From Acidimicrobiia bacterium (GTDB lineage: Bacteria; Actinomycetota; Acidimicrobiia; IMCC26256; PALSA-555): 64,000 bases of DNA. The notes under the pieces were generated by a model. The model did no database searches. It saw only the letters and a list, made by a program, of their open reading frames with translations, and had not been told where the DNA came from. A program made the position numbers and the translations under genes. Positions 43,744 through 53,574 of the stretch are shown in pieces. Position 1 is the stretch's first letter. Each line of letters starts with the position of its first letter. The DNA is taken from NCBI GenBank assembly GCA_046484625.1, contig JAWOIO010000127.1:3378-67377 (forward strand). Direction: 5' to 3'.

Positions 43744-44466
43744 TCAGAGCAGGCCGCGGGCGATCGCGACGCACCCTGCGATCCCCGAGACGATCAGCAC
43801 CATCGGGCGCAGCCAGCCGCCGTCCACGAACACGTGGAGGTGCTTGCTGGCCCAGAGCCCGGCGATCATCGCCGGGAGCAGCGCGAGTGCGAACAGCACC
43901 TGGTCCCCGTTGATCGTTCCGGCGATGCCGTAGCCGATCAGCGACATGCTCGCGCTCACCGCGAAGAACGACCCGAGCGTGGAGCGAGCGGACGGGCCGT
44001 CGCGGTGCTGGAACAGGAGTGCGACCGGCGGCCCACCCACTGCGGCCGCGGTCCCGAAGATGTTGGACGCGAAGCCGGCCAACGCGCCCGTCACCGCGGT
44101 CACCGGGATCGGCGGCGAGACGACGCTGAGCAGCACCCCCAGCAGGACCACGAAGCCGACGAGGGTGGCCAGCGCGCTCGTGCTCACTCGCGTGACGATG
44201 AAGAGCCCGACGACGGTGCCCGGCACCGCCCCCACGAGCATCTGGCCCACGGCCGTCCGGTCGATCGCGTGGTGCTCGCGGGCGACCGTGGTGATGGTGA
44301 GCGGGAAGGCCACCAGCACGAGCGTCGTCGGCAGGGCCTCGGGGACGACGATCGCCACGAGGGGCGCCGCGAGCAGGTTGAGCCCGAACCCGATGGAGCC
44401 CTGCACGACCGAGCCCGTCAACACGGCCCCGAGGGCCACCACCAGCTCGAGGGCTCCGACGTGCAC
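43744..44466 (-). CDS. TauE/SafE family sulfite-exporter-like membrane protein
   Basis: 240 aa, about 7-8 TM helices. GSVVQGSIGFGLNLLAAPL...GGPPVALL. This is the real gene within the 739-aa antisense track ORF. GTG start at 44466. Confidence 0.8.
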   Translation of the reverse strand: MHVGALELVVALGAVLTGSVVQGSIGFGLNLLAAPLVAIVVPEALPTTLVLVAFPLTITTVAREHHAIDRTAVGQMLVGAVPGTVVGLFIVTRVSTSALATLVGFVVLLGVLLSVVSPPIPVTAVTGALAGFASNIFGTAAAVGGPPVALLFQHRDGPSARSTLGSFFAVSASMSLIGYGIAGTINGDQVLFALALLPAMIAGLWASKHLHVFVDGGWLRPMVLIVSGIAGCVAIARGLL

Positions 44467-44523
44467 GACGGCTGATCCTGCCAGGTCGGCCGCAGGAGGG
44501 ACGACCGGGGCCCCGTACACTCG

Positions 44524-45927
44524 GTGGTCGTGACCCGCCGGTTCCACGTCCGCACCTACGGATGCCAGATGAACGAGCACGACTCCGAGCACCTGGCCGG
44601 GATGATGAGCGCCGCCGGGCTCGAACCGACCGACGACGCCGAGGATGCCGACGTCATCCTCCTGAACACCTGCTGCATCCGGGAGAACGCCGACAACCGG
44701 TTCTACGGCCACCTGGGCAACCTCAAAGCCCTCAAGGAGGCCCGTCCGGGCCTCCAGATCGCCGTGGCGGGCTGCCTGGCCCAGAAGGACCGGGAGCGGA
44801 TCGTCGAGCGAGCCGGCCACGTCGACGTGGTGTTCGGGACCCACAACCTCCACCGGGCCGTCGACCTCCTCGATGAGCAGCGGTCCAGGGGCGAGACGGT
44901 CGTCGAGATCGCCGAGGAGCACGGTCCCGACGCCGCCGCGATCGCCGGCGCGCTCCCGGCTCGGCGCGACCTCGACCACTCGGCCTGGGTGACGATCCAG
45001 ATCGGGTGCGACAACTCGTGCACGTTCTGCATCGTCCCGCTCGTGCGCGGCGCAGAAGTCAGCCGGCGGATGGGGGACGTCGTAAGGGAGGTCGAGGAGC
45101 TCGCAGCCGCCGGCGTGAGCGAGGTCACGCTCCTCGGGCAGAACGTCAACTCCTACGGCCGCGACCTCGGTGCCGGCCAGTACCGCCCGCGCTTCGCCGA
45201 CCTGCTCCGGGCCATCGACGCGGTCGACGGGATCAAGCGCATCCGGTTCACGTCGCCGCATCCCAAGGACCTGCGTCCCGAGACCATCGCTGCGATGGCC
45301 GAGTGCGACGCGGTGTGCGAGCATCTCCACCTGCCGCTCCAGTCGGGGAGCGACCGGACGCTCGCCCGGATGCATCGCGGCTACACCGCCGAGCGCTACC
45401 TCCAGCGACTCGATGCCGCGCGCGCCGGGATCCCCGACCTCGCGGTCACGACCGACCTCATCGTCGGGTTCCCGGGCGAGACCGACGACGACTTCGAGCG
45501 AACACTCGAGGTGGTCGACACAGCCGGGTACGACGCGGCGTACACGTTCGTGTTCTCGCCCCGACCCGGGACACCTGCTGCCCGGATGACCGACCTCGCG
45601 GTGCCGGCCGAGGTCGTGCGCGAGCGCATGAACCGCCTCACCGAGGTCGTCGAGGGCCATGCCCTCCTTCGTCACGAGGCCCGCGTCGGCAGGGTCGAGG
45701 CCGCGCTCGTGGACGGGCCGTCGAAGACCGATCCAACCCGTACCTCGGCGCGCACGGGGCAGGGCAAGCTCGTCCACTTCGACGCCGGCGCCGCGGCGAT
45801 CCCGCCCGGGTCGTACGTCCGGCTCGAGGTCACACGCGCCGCGCCGCACTGGTTGGAAGGCACGTTGCGCGGCATCGACTTCACCCCCGAGTCGCGTCCG
45901 GTGCGCATCCCGGTCGCGTCGGTGTGA
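44524..45927 (+). CDS. miaB: tRNA-2-methylthio-N6-dimethylallyladenosine synthase MiaB
   Basis: FHVRTYGCQMNEHDSE, radical-SAM CDNSCTFC, and a TRAM domain. Confidence 0.95.
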   Translation: MVVTRRFHVRTYGCQMNEHDSEHLAGMMSAAGLEPTDDAEDADVILLNTCCIRENADNRFYGHLGNLKALKEARPGLQIAVAGCLAQKDRERIVERAGHVDVVFGTHNLHRAVDLLDEQRSRGETVVEIAEEHGPDAAAIAGALPARRDLDHSAWVTIQIGCDNSCTFCIVPLVRGAEVSRRMGDVVREVEELAAAGVSEVTLLGQNVNSYGRDLGAGQYRPRFADLLRAIDAVDGIKRIRFTSPHPKDLRPETIAAMAECDAVCEHLHLPLQSGSDRTLARMHRGYTAERYLQRLDAARAGIPDLAVTTDLIVGFPGETDDDFERTLEVVDTAGYDAAYTFVFSPRPGTPAARMTDLAVPAEVVRERMNRLTEVVEGHALLRHEARVGRVEAALVDGPSKTDPTRTSARTGQGKLVHFDAGAAAIPPGSYVRLEVTRAAPHWLEGTLRGIDFTPESRPVRIPVASV

Positions 45928-46871
45928 CGACGACGCACCTCGCCCTCGTCGGGCCCACCGCATCCGGAAAGTCCGTGGCCGCGCTCGCCATCGCGCGGGA
46001 GCTGGGCGACGTCGAGATCGTCTCGGTCGACTCGATGCAGGGCTACCGGGAGATGGACATCGGTACCGCGAAGCCCTCGGCAGCCGAGCAGGCGGCGGTC
46101 CGGCACCATCTGCTCGACATCGCGGACCCCGCCGAGGATCTCAATGTCGCCCGCTACCAGGAGCTGGCCCGCGCCGCGGTCGCCGACATCGCCGGACGGG
46201 GCAAGCGGGCGCTGCTCGTCGGCGGCACCGGCCTGTACTTCCAGGCCGTGGTCGACGACCTGCGCTTCCCCGGCGAGGATCTCGAGCTCCGTGCCGAGCT
46301 CGAGCGACGCACCGCGGAGCCGGGCGGGATCGCCGCCGCGTACACCGAGCTGGAACGGCTCGATCCACTCGCGGCGTCGCGCATCGATCCGCACAACGCG
46401 CGTCGGGTCGTCCGCGCGCTGGAGGTGATCGAGCTGACGGGGGAGCCGTTCTCGTCGTTCGGTCCGGGAGTGCAGTCCTTCGGGCCGACGGCGTTCCCGG
46501 TGCACCTCGTGGGGCTGTGGCTGCCCCGGGAGGCGCTCGTGGGTCGCATTGCCGAGCGGGTCGCGGTCATGCGCGAGCGCGGCCTCTGGGCCGAGGTGGA
46601 GCGCCTGCGCCGCCTGCCCGCGTGGTCCCGCACGGCCCGCCAGGCCATCGGGTACAAGGAGATCCTCGACGTGATCGATCGTGGCGACGGTGGCGCCGCC
46701 TCCGACGCCGCGGCGGTCGACGATGCGTTCGAGACGATCGCCCGCCGCACCCGGTCCTTCGCCCGTCGTCAGCGAATGTGGTTCCGGCGTGACCCCCGCA
46801 TCACCTGGGTCGGCGGAGGCGGGAATCCCTGCGGCCGTGTGGGCGCCGTGCTGGCATTGTGGAGGCGATGA
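45924..46871 (+). CDS. miaA: tRNA dimethylallyltransferase MiaA
   Basis: LALVGPTASGKSVAALAIA...IVSVDSMQGYREMDIGTAKP. GTGA overlap with miaB. Confidence 0.95.
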   Translation: MTTTHLALVGPTASGKSVAALAIARELGDVEIVSVDSMQGYREMDIGTAKPSAAEQAAVRHHLLDIADPAEDLNVARYQELARAAVADIAGRGKRALLVGGTGLYFQAVVDDLRFPGEDLELRAELERRTAEPGGIAAAYTELERLDPLAASRIDPHNARRVVRALEVIELTGEPFSSFGPGVQSFGPTAFPVHLVGLWLPREALVGRIAERVAVMRERGLWAEVERLRRLPAWSRTARQAIGYKEILDVIDRGDGGAASDAAAVDDAFETIARRTRSFARRQRMWFRRDPRITWVGGGGNPCGRVGAVLALWRR

Positions 46872-47713
46872 CCTTGCGCGTGAGCAAGCTGCACGGGACC
46901 GGAAACGACTTCCTGGTCACCGTCGTGGCCGACGGCCCCACTGTGGCCGCCGATCACGCCCGCGCGCTCTGCGACCGCCATCGAGGGATCGGGGCCGACG
47001 GGATCATCTCCCTCGGCACCGGATCCGACGGCGCCGACTGCACCATGGAGCTGCGCAACGCCGACGGCGGGATCGCCGAGATGAGCGGCAACGGGATCCG
47101 GTGCCTCGCGTGGGTCGCAGTGCGCGAGGGTCTGGCCCGCGACGGGCGCCTCGTCGTCGACACCGGGGGCGGCCGCAGGGTCGTCGACCTCGACCTCGGC
47201 CCCGACGGGATGCTGCGGACCGCCACCGTCGACATGGGGCCCGTCACCTTCGAGCCGGCCGAGATCCCGCTCGACGCCTCGTCTGCGTTCGACCTCACGG
47301 CCACCTTCCACGGTGTCGAGTACTCCGGCGACGCGGCCGGGATCGCCAACCCACACCTCGTGCTCCTCGTCGACGACGTCGATGCGGCCCGCGTCACCCA
47401 GCACGGGCCGCGGCTCGAGCGCGACGACCGGTTCCCGAACGGCACCAACGTCGAGTTCGTGGAGGCCGCGGGCGCCGACCGGATCCGCATGCGCGTCTGG
47501 GAGCGGGGGGTCGGCGAGACGCTCTCGTGCGGCACGGGCGCGTGCGCCGCGGCCGCGGTCGCGCATCGCCGGGGGATGGTGGGCGAGCGTGTGGTGGTCG
47601 CGGTCACCGGCGGCGAGCTCGTCGTCGGGCTCGGCGACACCGTGACGCTCGGCGGTCCCGTCGTCCATGTGTTCGACGTCGACGTCGACGCCGCGATCGA
47701 GACCACACCGTGA
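46868..47713 (+). CDS. dapF: diaminopimelate epimerase
   Basis: MTLRVSKLHGTGNDFLV, plus the two catalytic Cys contexts (GNGIRC; SCGTGACA). ATGA overlap with miaA. Confidence 0.95.
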   Translation: MTLRVSKLHGTGNDFLVTVVADGPTVAADHARALCDRHRGIGADGIISLGTGSDGADCTMELRNADGGIAEMSGNGIRCLAWVAVREGLARDGRLVVDTGGGRRVVDLDLGPDGMLRTATVDMGPVTFEPAEIPLDASSAFDLTATFHGVEYSGDAAGIANPHLVLLVDDVDAARVTQHGPRLERDDRFPNGTNVEFVEAAGADRIRMRVWERGVGETLSCGTGACAAAAVAHRRGMVGERVVVAVTGGELVVGLGDTVTLGGPVVHVFDVDVDAAIETTP

Positions 47714-49029
47714 GCCGGTCCGCGGCGCGGGGCCGGCGTCGGCTCACCGCGACCGAGGTCGACCTCGCGGTCGTCCGTCAACGGGCCCTGCTGGTCGGAA
47801 CCGGCTTCGGCACGAAGACCGTCGAGGAGGCATCTGCTTCGCTCGATGAGCTGGTGCTGCTGGCCGACACCGCCGGCGCCGACGCGGTCGACGTCGTGCT
47901 GCAGCGCCGCGACCGTCCGGACCCGGCCACGTACGTCGGCCGGGGCAAGGTCGAGGAGCTCCAGGCGACCGCCGAGGCGCTCGACGTCGACGTCGTGGTC
48001 TTCGACGACGAGCTCACACCGGCCCAGCAGCGGAACCTGGAGGCGAAGTTCTCGTGCGACGTCGTCGACCGCGTCGCGCTGATCCTCGACATCTTCGCCC
48101 AGCATGCGTCGAGCCAGGAGGGCATGGTGCAGGTCGAGCTGGCGCAGCTCCGCTATCGCATGCCGCGCCTGCGCGGTCGTGGCCTCCAGCTGAGCCAGCA
48201 GGGCGGCGGCATCGGGACCAGGGGCCCGGGTGAGACCCAGCTCGAGGTGGACCGGCGGCGCATCCAGCGCCGGATCACGACGCTCGAAGGCGAGCTGGTG
48301 CGACTGGCGAGGAACCGTGCGACCCAGCGCAAGGCGCGCCGTCGCCGCAGCCTGCCGACGCTCGCGCTGGTCGGCTACACGAACGCAGGGAAGTCGACCC
48401 TGCTCAACCGGATCACCCAGGCCGACGTCCTCGTGGAGGATCGGCTCTTCTCCACGCTCGACCCCACCACGCGAAGGCTCCGACTTCCCGGTGGGGAGAC
48501 CGTCCTGTGCTCCGACACGGTCGGCTTCGTGCGCCGGCTACCTCATCAGCTCGTCGAAGCCTTCCGTTCGACGCTCGAGGAGGTCGCCGAGGCCGATCTG
48601 CTCGTGCACGTCGTCGACACGACGGCTGCCGACGCGGAAGCACAGATCGACGCCGTGCGGACGGTGCTCGGCGAGATCGGCGCGGGGGAGCTGCCCGAGC
48701 TGATGGTCCTGAACAAGATCGACGTCGCCGACGCCGAGCGCCGACACGAGCTCGTCCGCCTGCTGGGTGGCGACGCCGTGGAGGTGTCGGCGCGGACGGG
48801 TGCGGGAGTCGAGGAGCTGATCGCGGCGATCGCCGCCCGGCTCCGAGCCCTGGGCGCCGTGGTGGAGCTGGTCGTCCCCTACGAGCGGGGCGACGTGCTC
48901 GCCGCGCTCCATCGGGACGGCGAGGTGATCGTCGAGGTGCACGATGGCGACGGCACCCGTGTGCGGGCGCGGCTGGGCTCGGCCGACGTCGAGCGCTTCC
49001 GGGAGTACGCGGTCGAGGGCACCGGGTGA
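47710..49029 (+). CDS. hflX: GTPase HflX
   Basis: LVGYTNAGKSTLLNRIT, DTVGF, NKID. GTGA overlap with dapF. Confidence 0.93.
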   Translation: MSRSAARGRRRLTATEVDLAVVRQRALLVGTGFGTKTVEEASASLDELVLLADTAGADAVDVVLQRRDRPDPATYVGRGKVEELQATAEALDVDVVVFDDELTPAQQRNLEAKFSCDVVDRVALILDIFAQHASSQEGMVQVELAQLRYRMPRLRGRGLQLSQQGGGIGTRGPGETQLEVDRRRIQRRITTLEGELVRLARNRATQRKARRRRSLPTLALVGYTNAGKSTLLNRITQADVLVEDRLFSTLDPTTRRLRLPGGETVLCSDTVGFVRRLPHQLVEAFRSTLEEVAEADLLVHVVDTTAADAEAQIDAVRTVLGEIGAGELPELMVLNKIDVADAERRHELVRLLGGDAVEVSARTGAGVEELIAAIAARLRALGAVVELVVPYERGDVLAALHRDGEVIVEVHDGDGTRVRARLGSADVERFREYAVEGTG

Positions 49030-50204
49030 GCCCGCCCGCGGGTGAGGCGCCCCGGATGGCGGGTGGGTTCGTCCCGCCCCCGTACCCGCAGGCCCGGCTG
49101 GGCGAGCTCCACCACGTGGCCGAGACGGTGCCCGGAGGTGCCATCGACACGTCGGTCGGCACGCCGGTCGATCCCATGCCGGAGGTCGCGGTGCGGGCGC
49201 TCGCCGAGACGGCCGCACTCGCGACGGGGTACCCGCAGGCGATCGGGTCCCCGCGCTTCCGGGAGTCAGCCGCGACGTGGATGCGTCGGCGGTTCGACGT
49301 CGACGTCGATGCCGATGCCGTGCTCGCGTGCGTCGGCACCAAGGAAGCGGTTGCCGGGCTCCCACGACTCCTCTCGCTGCGGACGCCGGATCGCGACACG
49401 GTCCTGTACCCGGCGGTGTCGTATCCCACCTACGCGATGGGCGCGACGCTCGCGGGACTCCGCGCGGTCCCGATCCCCGTCGACGCCGACTGGCACCTCG
49501 ACCTCGATGCGGTCGACCCCGCCGACGCCGATCGGGCGCTGATCGTGTGGCTGAACGACCCGGCGAACCCGACGGGTGCGTCGGCGTCACCGGAGCGCAT
49601 GGCTCGGACCGTCGAGTGGGCGCGCGGTCACGGCGCGGTCGTCGCGAGCGACGAGTGCTACGCCGAGTTCACCTACGACGATGGTGGGGCCCCGGTTCCG
49701 CCGGTCACCGCGCTCGGGCTCGGCGACGAAGGAGTCCTCGCGGTGCACTCGCTGTCGAAGCGCTCGAACATGGCCGGGTTGCGGGCCGGCTTCCTCGCGG
49801 GCGATCCCGACCTCATCGGCTACCTGGGCGAGGTGCGTCGGCACGCCGGGATGATGGTCGCCGCTCCGGTCCAGGCCGCGGCGGCCGCAGCCCTGGGCGA
49901 CGACGCCCACGTCGACCTCCAGCGGGCCCGCTACGCCGACCGGCGAGCGCAGCTCCTTCCCGCGCTCGAGGCCCTGGGGCTGCACCACGAGGGCGGTCCG
50001 TCGGCGTTCTACCTGTGGCTCCGGGACCATGTCGACGACACGAACGACGGCTGGGCGGTTGCGGCGTTGCTCGCCCGGCGGGGCATCGTCGTGGCGCCGG
50101 GAGACCTCTACGGGGCCCCCGGTGCCCGTCACGTCCGGCTGGCGCTGTGCATCCCCGACGCCCGGCTCGGGTTGGCCCTCGAACGCCTCGACACGCCACG
50201 CTGA
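49026..50204 (+). CDS. dapC: succinyldiaminopimelate aminotransferase (class I/II aminotransferase)
   Basis: NDPANPTG and SLSKRSNMAGLRAG (PLP lysine context). Adjacent to dapD. ATG 49056 is an alternative start. Confidence 0.8.
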   Translation: MSPPAGEAPRMAGGFVPPPYPQARLGELHHVAETVPGGAIDTSVGTPVDPMPEVAVRALAETAALATGYPQAIGSPRFRESAATWMRRRFDVDVDADAVLACVGTKEAVAGLPRLLSLRTPDRDTVLYPAVSYPTYAMGATLAGLRAVPIPVDADWHLDLDAVDPADADRALIVWLNDPANPTGASASPERMARTVEWARGHGAVVASDECYAEFTYDDGGAPVPPVTALGLGDEGVLAVHSLSKRSNMAGLRAGFLAGDPDLIGYLGEVRRHAGMMVAAPVQAAAAAALGDDAHVDLQRARYADRRAQLLPALEALGLHHEGGPSAFYLWLRDHVDDTNDGWAVAALLARRGIVVAPGDLYGAPGARHVRLALCIPDARLGLALERLDTPR

Positions 50205-50252
50205 GCCTTTCGCCGCCCGTCGCCGACGCACCGCACCCAGAGGAGCCCCGCA

Positions 50253-51092
<840 letters not shown>

Positions 51093-51406
51093 CGCCAGTG
51101 CCGGTCGCGGCCGACGGGCACCCGAGGGGACGTAGCGGTCGATCCAGCCGCGCAGCTGGTCGCCGAGACGTCGCCCGGTCTTCCCCCTGCGTTGGAGCGC
51201 TGAGCGACCATTGCGGTCGCCCAACCTGCCAACGGCGTGCGAGGTCAGGCGCTGGCGGCGGTCTCGGACCATGTGGTCCAGGGTGGTGGCGACGTGGGGG
51301 AGCATGGTGGCCTCCTGGTCGGCGGACGCTTCGTGGCTTGCACGATGCGGGAACAGCGCCGTCCCGACGAGTGGCAGGAATGACACGGTACGCTAAGATC
51401 CTGCCA

Positions 51407-52450
51407 ATGACCCGTGCGCAGCACCTCCACGTCGTCGCGGCCCTGCTGCCGCCCGTGGCCCTCGGCCCGCTCGAACTCGCGGTGGCGGTCGAGATGTTCG
51501 GCGATGACCCGCGGGATCAGCACGGGCCCTACTACGAGCTGCGCCTCTGCGGCGCGGAAGGGCGGCGGGCCGAGGCGTTCGGTGGGTTCACGGTCGAGCT
51601 GCCCTACGACCTGGGAGGGCTCGAGGGGGCCGACACGGTGATCGCCATGCCGTTCGAGTCATGGGACCTCGCCGGCGCCCCGTCGTCGCCCGTGGTGCTC
51701 GACGCGATCGCGCGCGCCCACGAGCGGGGCGCGCGGATCGCGTCGTTCTGCACGGGCGCCTTCCTGCTCGCCGCGGCCGGCCTCCTCGACGGGCGCCCGG
51801 CCACGACGCACTGGCATGCCGCAGACCGTCTCGCTCGGGAGTATCCGAACGTGCGGGTCGATCCGAAGGTGCTCTACGTCGACGACGGCGACGTGCTCAC
51901 ATCGGCCGGCGCGGCTGCCAGCATCGACCTGGCGTTGCACATGGTGCGGTCCGACCACGGCGCCGAGGTCGCGAATGCCCTGGCGCGACGGGCGGTCGTG
52001 CCGCCGCATCGCGACGGGGGGCAGGCGCAGTACGTACAGATGCCCGTGCCCGAGCCCGAGGTCGGCTCCGACGCGTTCCAGGAGGCGCTCACGTGGGCGC
52101 TCGACCACCTCGACGAGCCGCTGAGCGTCGCCGACCTCGCGGCCCGGGCGCACACCAGCCCGCGGACCTTCGCACGGAGGTTCCGCGCCTCGACCGGGGT
52201 GACCCCGCACCAGTGGCTGCTGCGCCAGCGCGTGCTCCACGCACAGGAACTGCTGGAGGCGACCGACGCGTCGGTCGAGCGTGTGGCCCATGCCTCCGGG
52301 TTCGGTTCAGCGGGCGCGCTCCGCCTTCACTTCCAGCGGATCGTGGGGAACTCGCCCCAGGCCTACCGCCGGACGTTCCGCGTCGAGACCGGCCGCGTCG
52401 AGACCGGCCGCGTCGGACCTGGCCGGGTCAGAGGCGGCGCAGCAGCGTGA
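51407..52450 (+). CDS. GlxA-family transcriptional regulator (DJ-1/PfpI domain plus AraC-type HTH)
   Basis: SFCTGAFLLAAAGLLDGRPATTHW (DJ-1-like) and C-terminal SPRTFARRFRASTGVTPHQWLLRQR...GF (AraC HTH). ATG 51380 is an alternative start. The tail carries a 3 x 15-bp repeat (52381-52425). Confidence 0.88.
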   Translation: MTRAQHLHVVAALLPPVALGPLELAVAVEMFGDDPRDQHGPYYELRLCGAEGRRAEAFGGFTVELPYDLGGLEGADTVIAMPFESWDLAGAPSSPVVLDAIARAHERGARIASFCTGAFLLAAAGLLDGRPATTHWHAADRLAREYPNVRVDPKVLYVDDGDVLTSAGAAASIDLALHMVRSDHGAEVANALARRAVVPPHRDGGQAQYVQMPVPEPEVGSDAFQEALTWALDHLDEPLSVADLAARAHTSPRTFARRFRASTGVTPHQWLLRQRVLHAQELLEATDASVERVAHASGFGSAGALRLHFQRIVGNSPQAYRRTFRVETGRVETGRVGPGRVRGGAAA

Positions 52451-53057
52451 CGACCTTGCCGTAGATCGAGACGTCGGCCGGGTCGAAGACCATCTCCTCG
52501 AGCGCGGGGTTCTCCGGCCGCAGCACGACCTTGCCCCGGCGGCGGAGGTAGGTCTTCACGGTCCCTTCCTCCTCGCGGATCCCCGCCACGACCGTGTCAC
52601 CCGGCTCGGCGGTGTTCTGCTGGCGCACGACCACGTAGTCGCCGTCGAGGATGCCGGCGTCGATCATCGAGTCGCCCTTGACCTTCACCATGAACAGCTG
52701 CCCGGCGCCGGTGAAGTCCTCCGGCATCGGCACGGTCTCGTCGACCTCCTCCTGGGCGATGACGCCGGTGTCGCCGGCGGCGACCTGGCCGACCAGAGGG
52801 ATGTGGCGGACGGGTCGCCGCTCGATGGCCGAGCCCGACGCCGAGTCGTAGACGAGCTCCATGGCTCGGGGCTTCGTGGGGTCCCGCTTGAGGAAGCCCT
52901 TGTCCTGGAGGGCGGCGAGGTGGGCATGGACAGTGGAGCTCGACGAGAGCCCGACCGCCTCGCCGATCTCCCGCACGCTCGGCGGATAGCCGCGGTCGCG
53001 GACCTCCGCGTCGATGAACTCGAGGACCTGGCGCTGACGTTCCGTGAGATCGGTCAT
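52428..53057 (-). CDS. lexA: transcriptional repressor LexA
   Basis: MTDLTERQRQVLEFI...GYPPSVREIGEAVGLSSSSTVHAHL, cleavage-site region VAAGD, and S24 peptidase residues (GDSM...K). Start at ATG 53057. The track start at 53093 runs into the operator. Confidence 0.95.
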   Translation of the reverse strand: MTDLTERQRQVLEFIDAEVRDRGYPPSVREIGEAVGLSSSSTVHAHLAALQDKGFLKRDPTKPRAMELVYDSASGSAIERRPVRHIPLVGQVAAGDTGVIAQEEVDETVPMPEDFTGAGQLFMVKVKGDSMIDAGILDGDYVVVRQQNTAEPGDTVVAGIREEEGTVKTYLRRRGKVVLRPENPALEEMVFDPADVSIYGKVVTLLRRL

Positions 53058-53090
53058 GCGGGGGACGGTAGCACGAGTACGTGTTCGGGG

Positions 53091-53104
53091 CAAACACCTG
53101 TTCG
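53091..53104 (-). promoter_or_regulatory. LexA box upstream of lexA (autoregulation)
   Basis: The minus strand reads CGAACAGGTGTTTG, 34 nt upstream of the lexA ATG. Confidence 0.75.
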
Positions 53105-53123
53105 GCCCACATCGGGGCGCGGG

Positions 53124-53381
53124 CTACGTGGAGTCGGCGATCTCCCGGAGGAAGTCCTCCAGGGGGAGCGCGCCCTCGAAGCGCTTCCGGCCCCGCCCGG
53201 CGACGCGCCGCCCGATGGTCTGGTCGATGGTCTGGTCGATGGTCTGGCCGATGGTTCGGGCGGAATCGTCGTTGGGGATCGCCGATGCCTCGGCCTGCTC
53301 CTCGGCCTGCTCCACGGCCTCCCACGCCTCGCCGAGCAGGCGGACCAGCTCGGTCTCCGACGGTCGGGGGCGTGGGTCCAT
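53124..53381 (-). CDS. small acidic hypothetical protein (85 aa) directly upstream of lexA
   Basis: High GC3 throughout. MDPRPRPSETELVRLLGEAWEAVEQAEEQAE...GQTIDQTIDQTIG...KRFEGALPLEDFLREIADST. Contains a 12-bp tandem repeat at 53214-53255. No recognised family. Confidence 0.5.
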   Translation of the reverse strand: MDPRPRPSETELVRLLGEAWEAVEQAEEQAEASAIPNDDSARTIGQTIDQTIDQTIGRRVAGRGRKRFEGALPLEDFLREIADST

Positions 53382-53491
53382 GGTGGGCCTCTCGAGGTCG
53401 GGGAACGCGTCCCTGGGACGTCGTGCGGGCGGGCTGGGATGCTGGCGTCCTCATCGGCACCCGTCCGGGAGTTCCTGAGCATCCGCCGCCA

Positions 53492-53548
53492 CGAACATCT
53501 GTTCTTGACGCCGAACAGATGTTCTGCTTAGATGGGAACACGCGTTCG
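53492..53548. promoter_or_regulatory. three tandem LexA boxes overlapping a + strand promoter
   Basis: CGAACATCTGTTCT (53492-53505), CGAACAGATGTTCT (53512-53525) and GGAACACGCGTTCG (53535-53548). They are interleaved with TTGACG (53505-53510), a 17-nt spacer and TTAGAT (53528-53533). Confidence 0.75.
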
Positions 53549-53574
53549 GGGCGACCCGACGCCGGTGTCATCGC

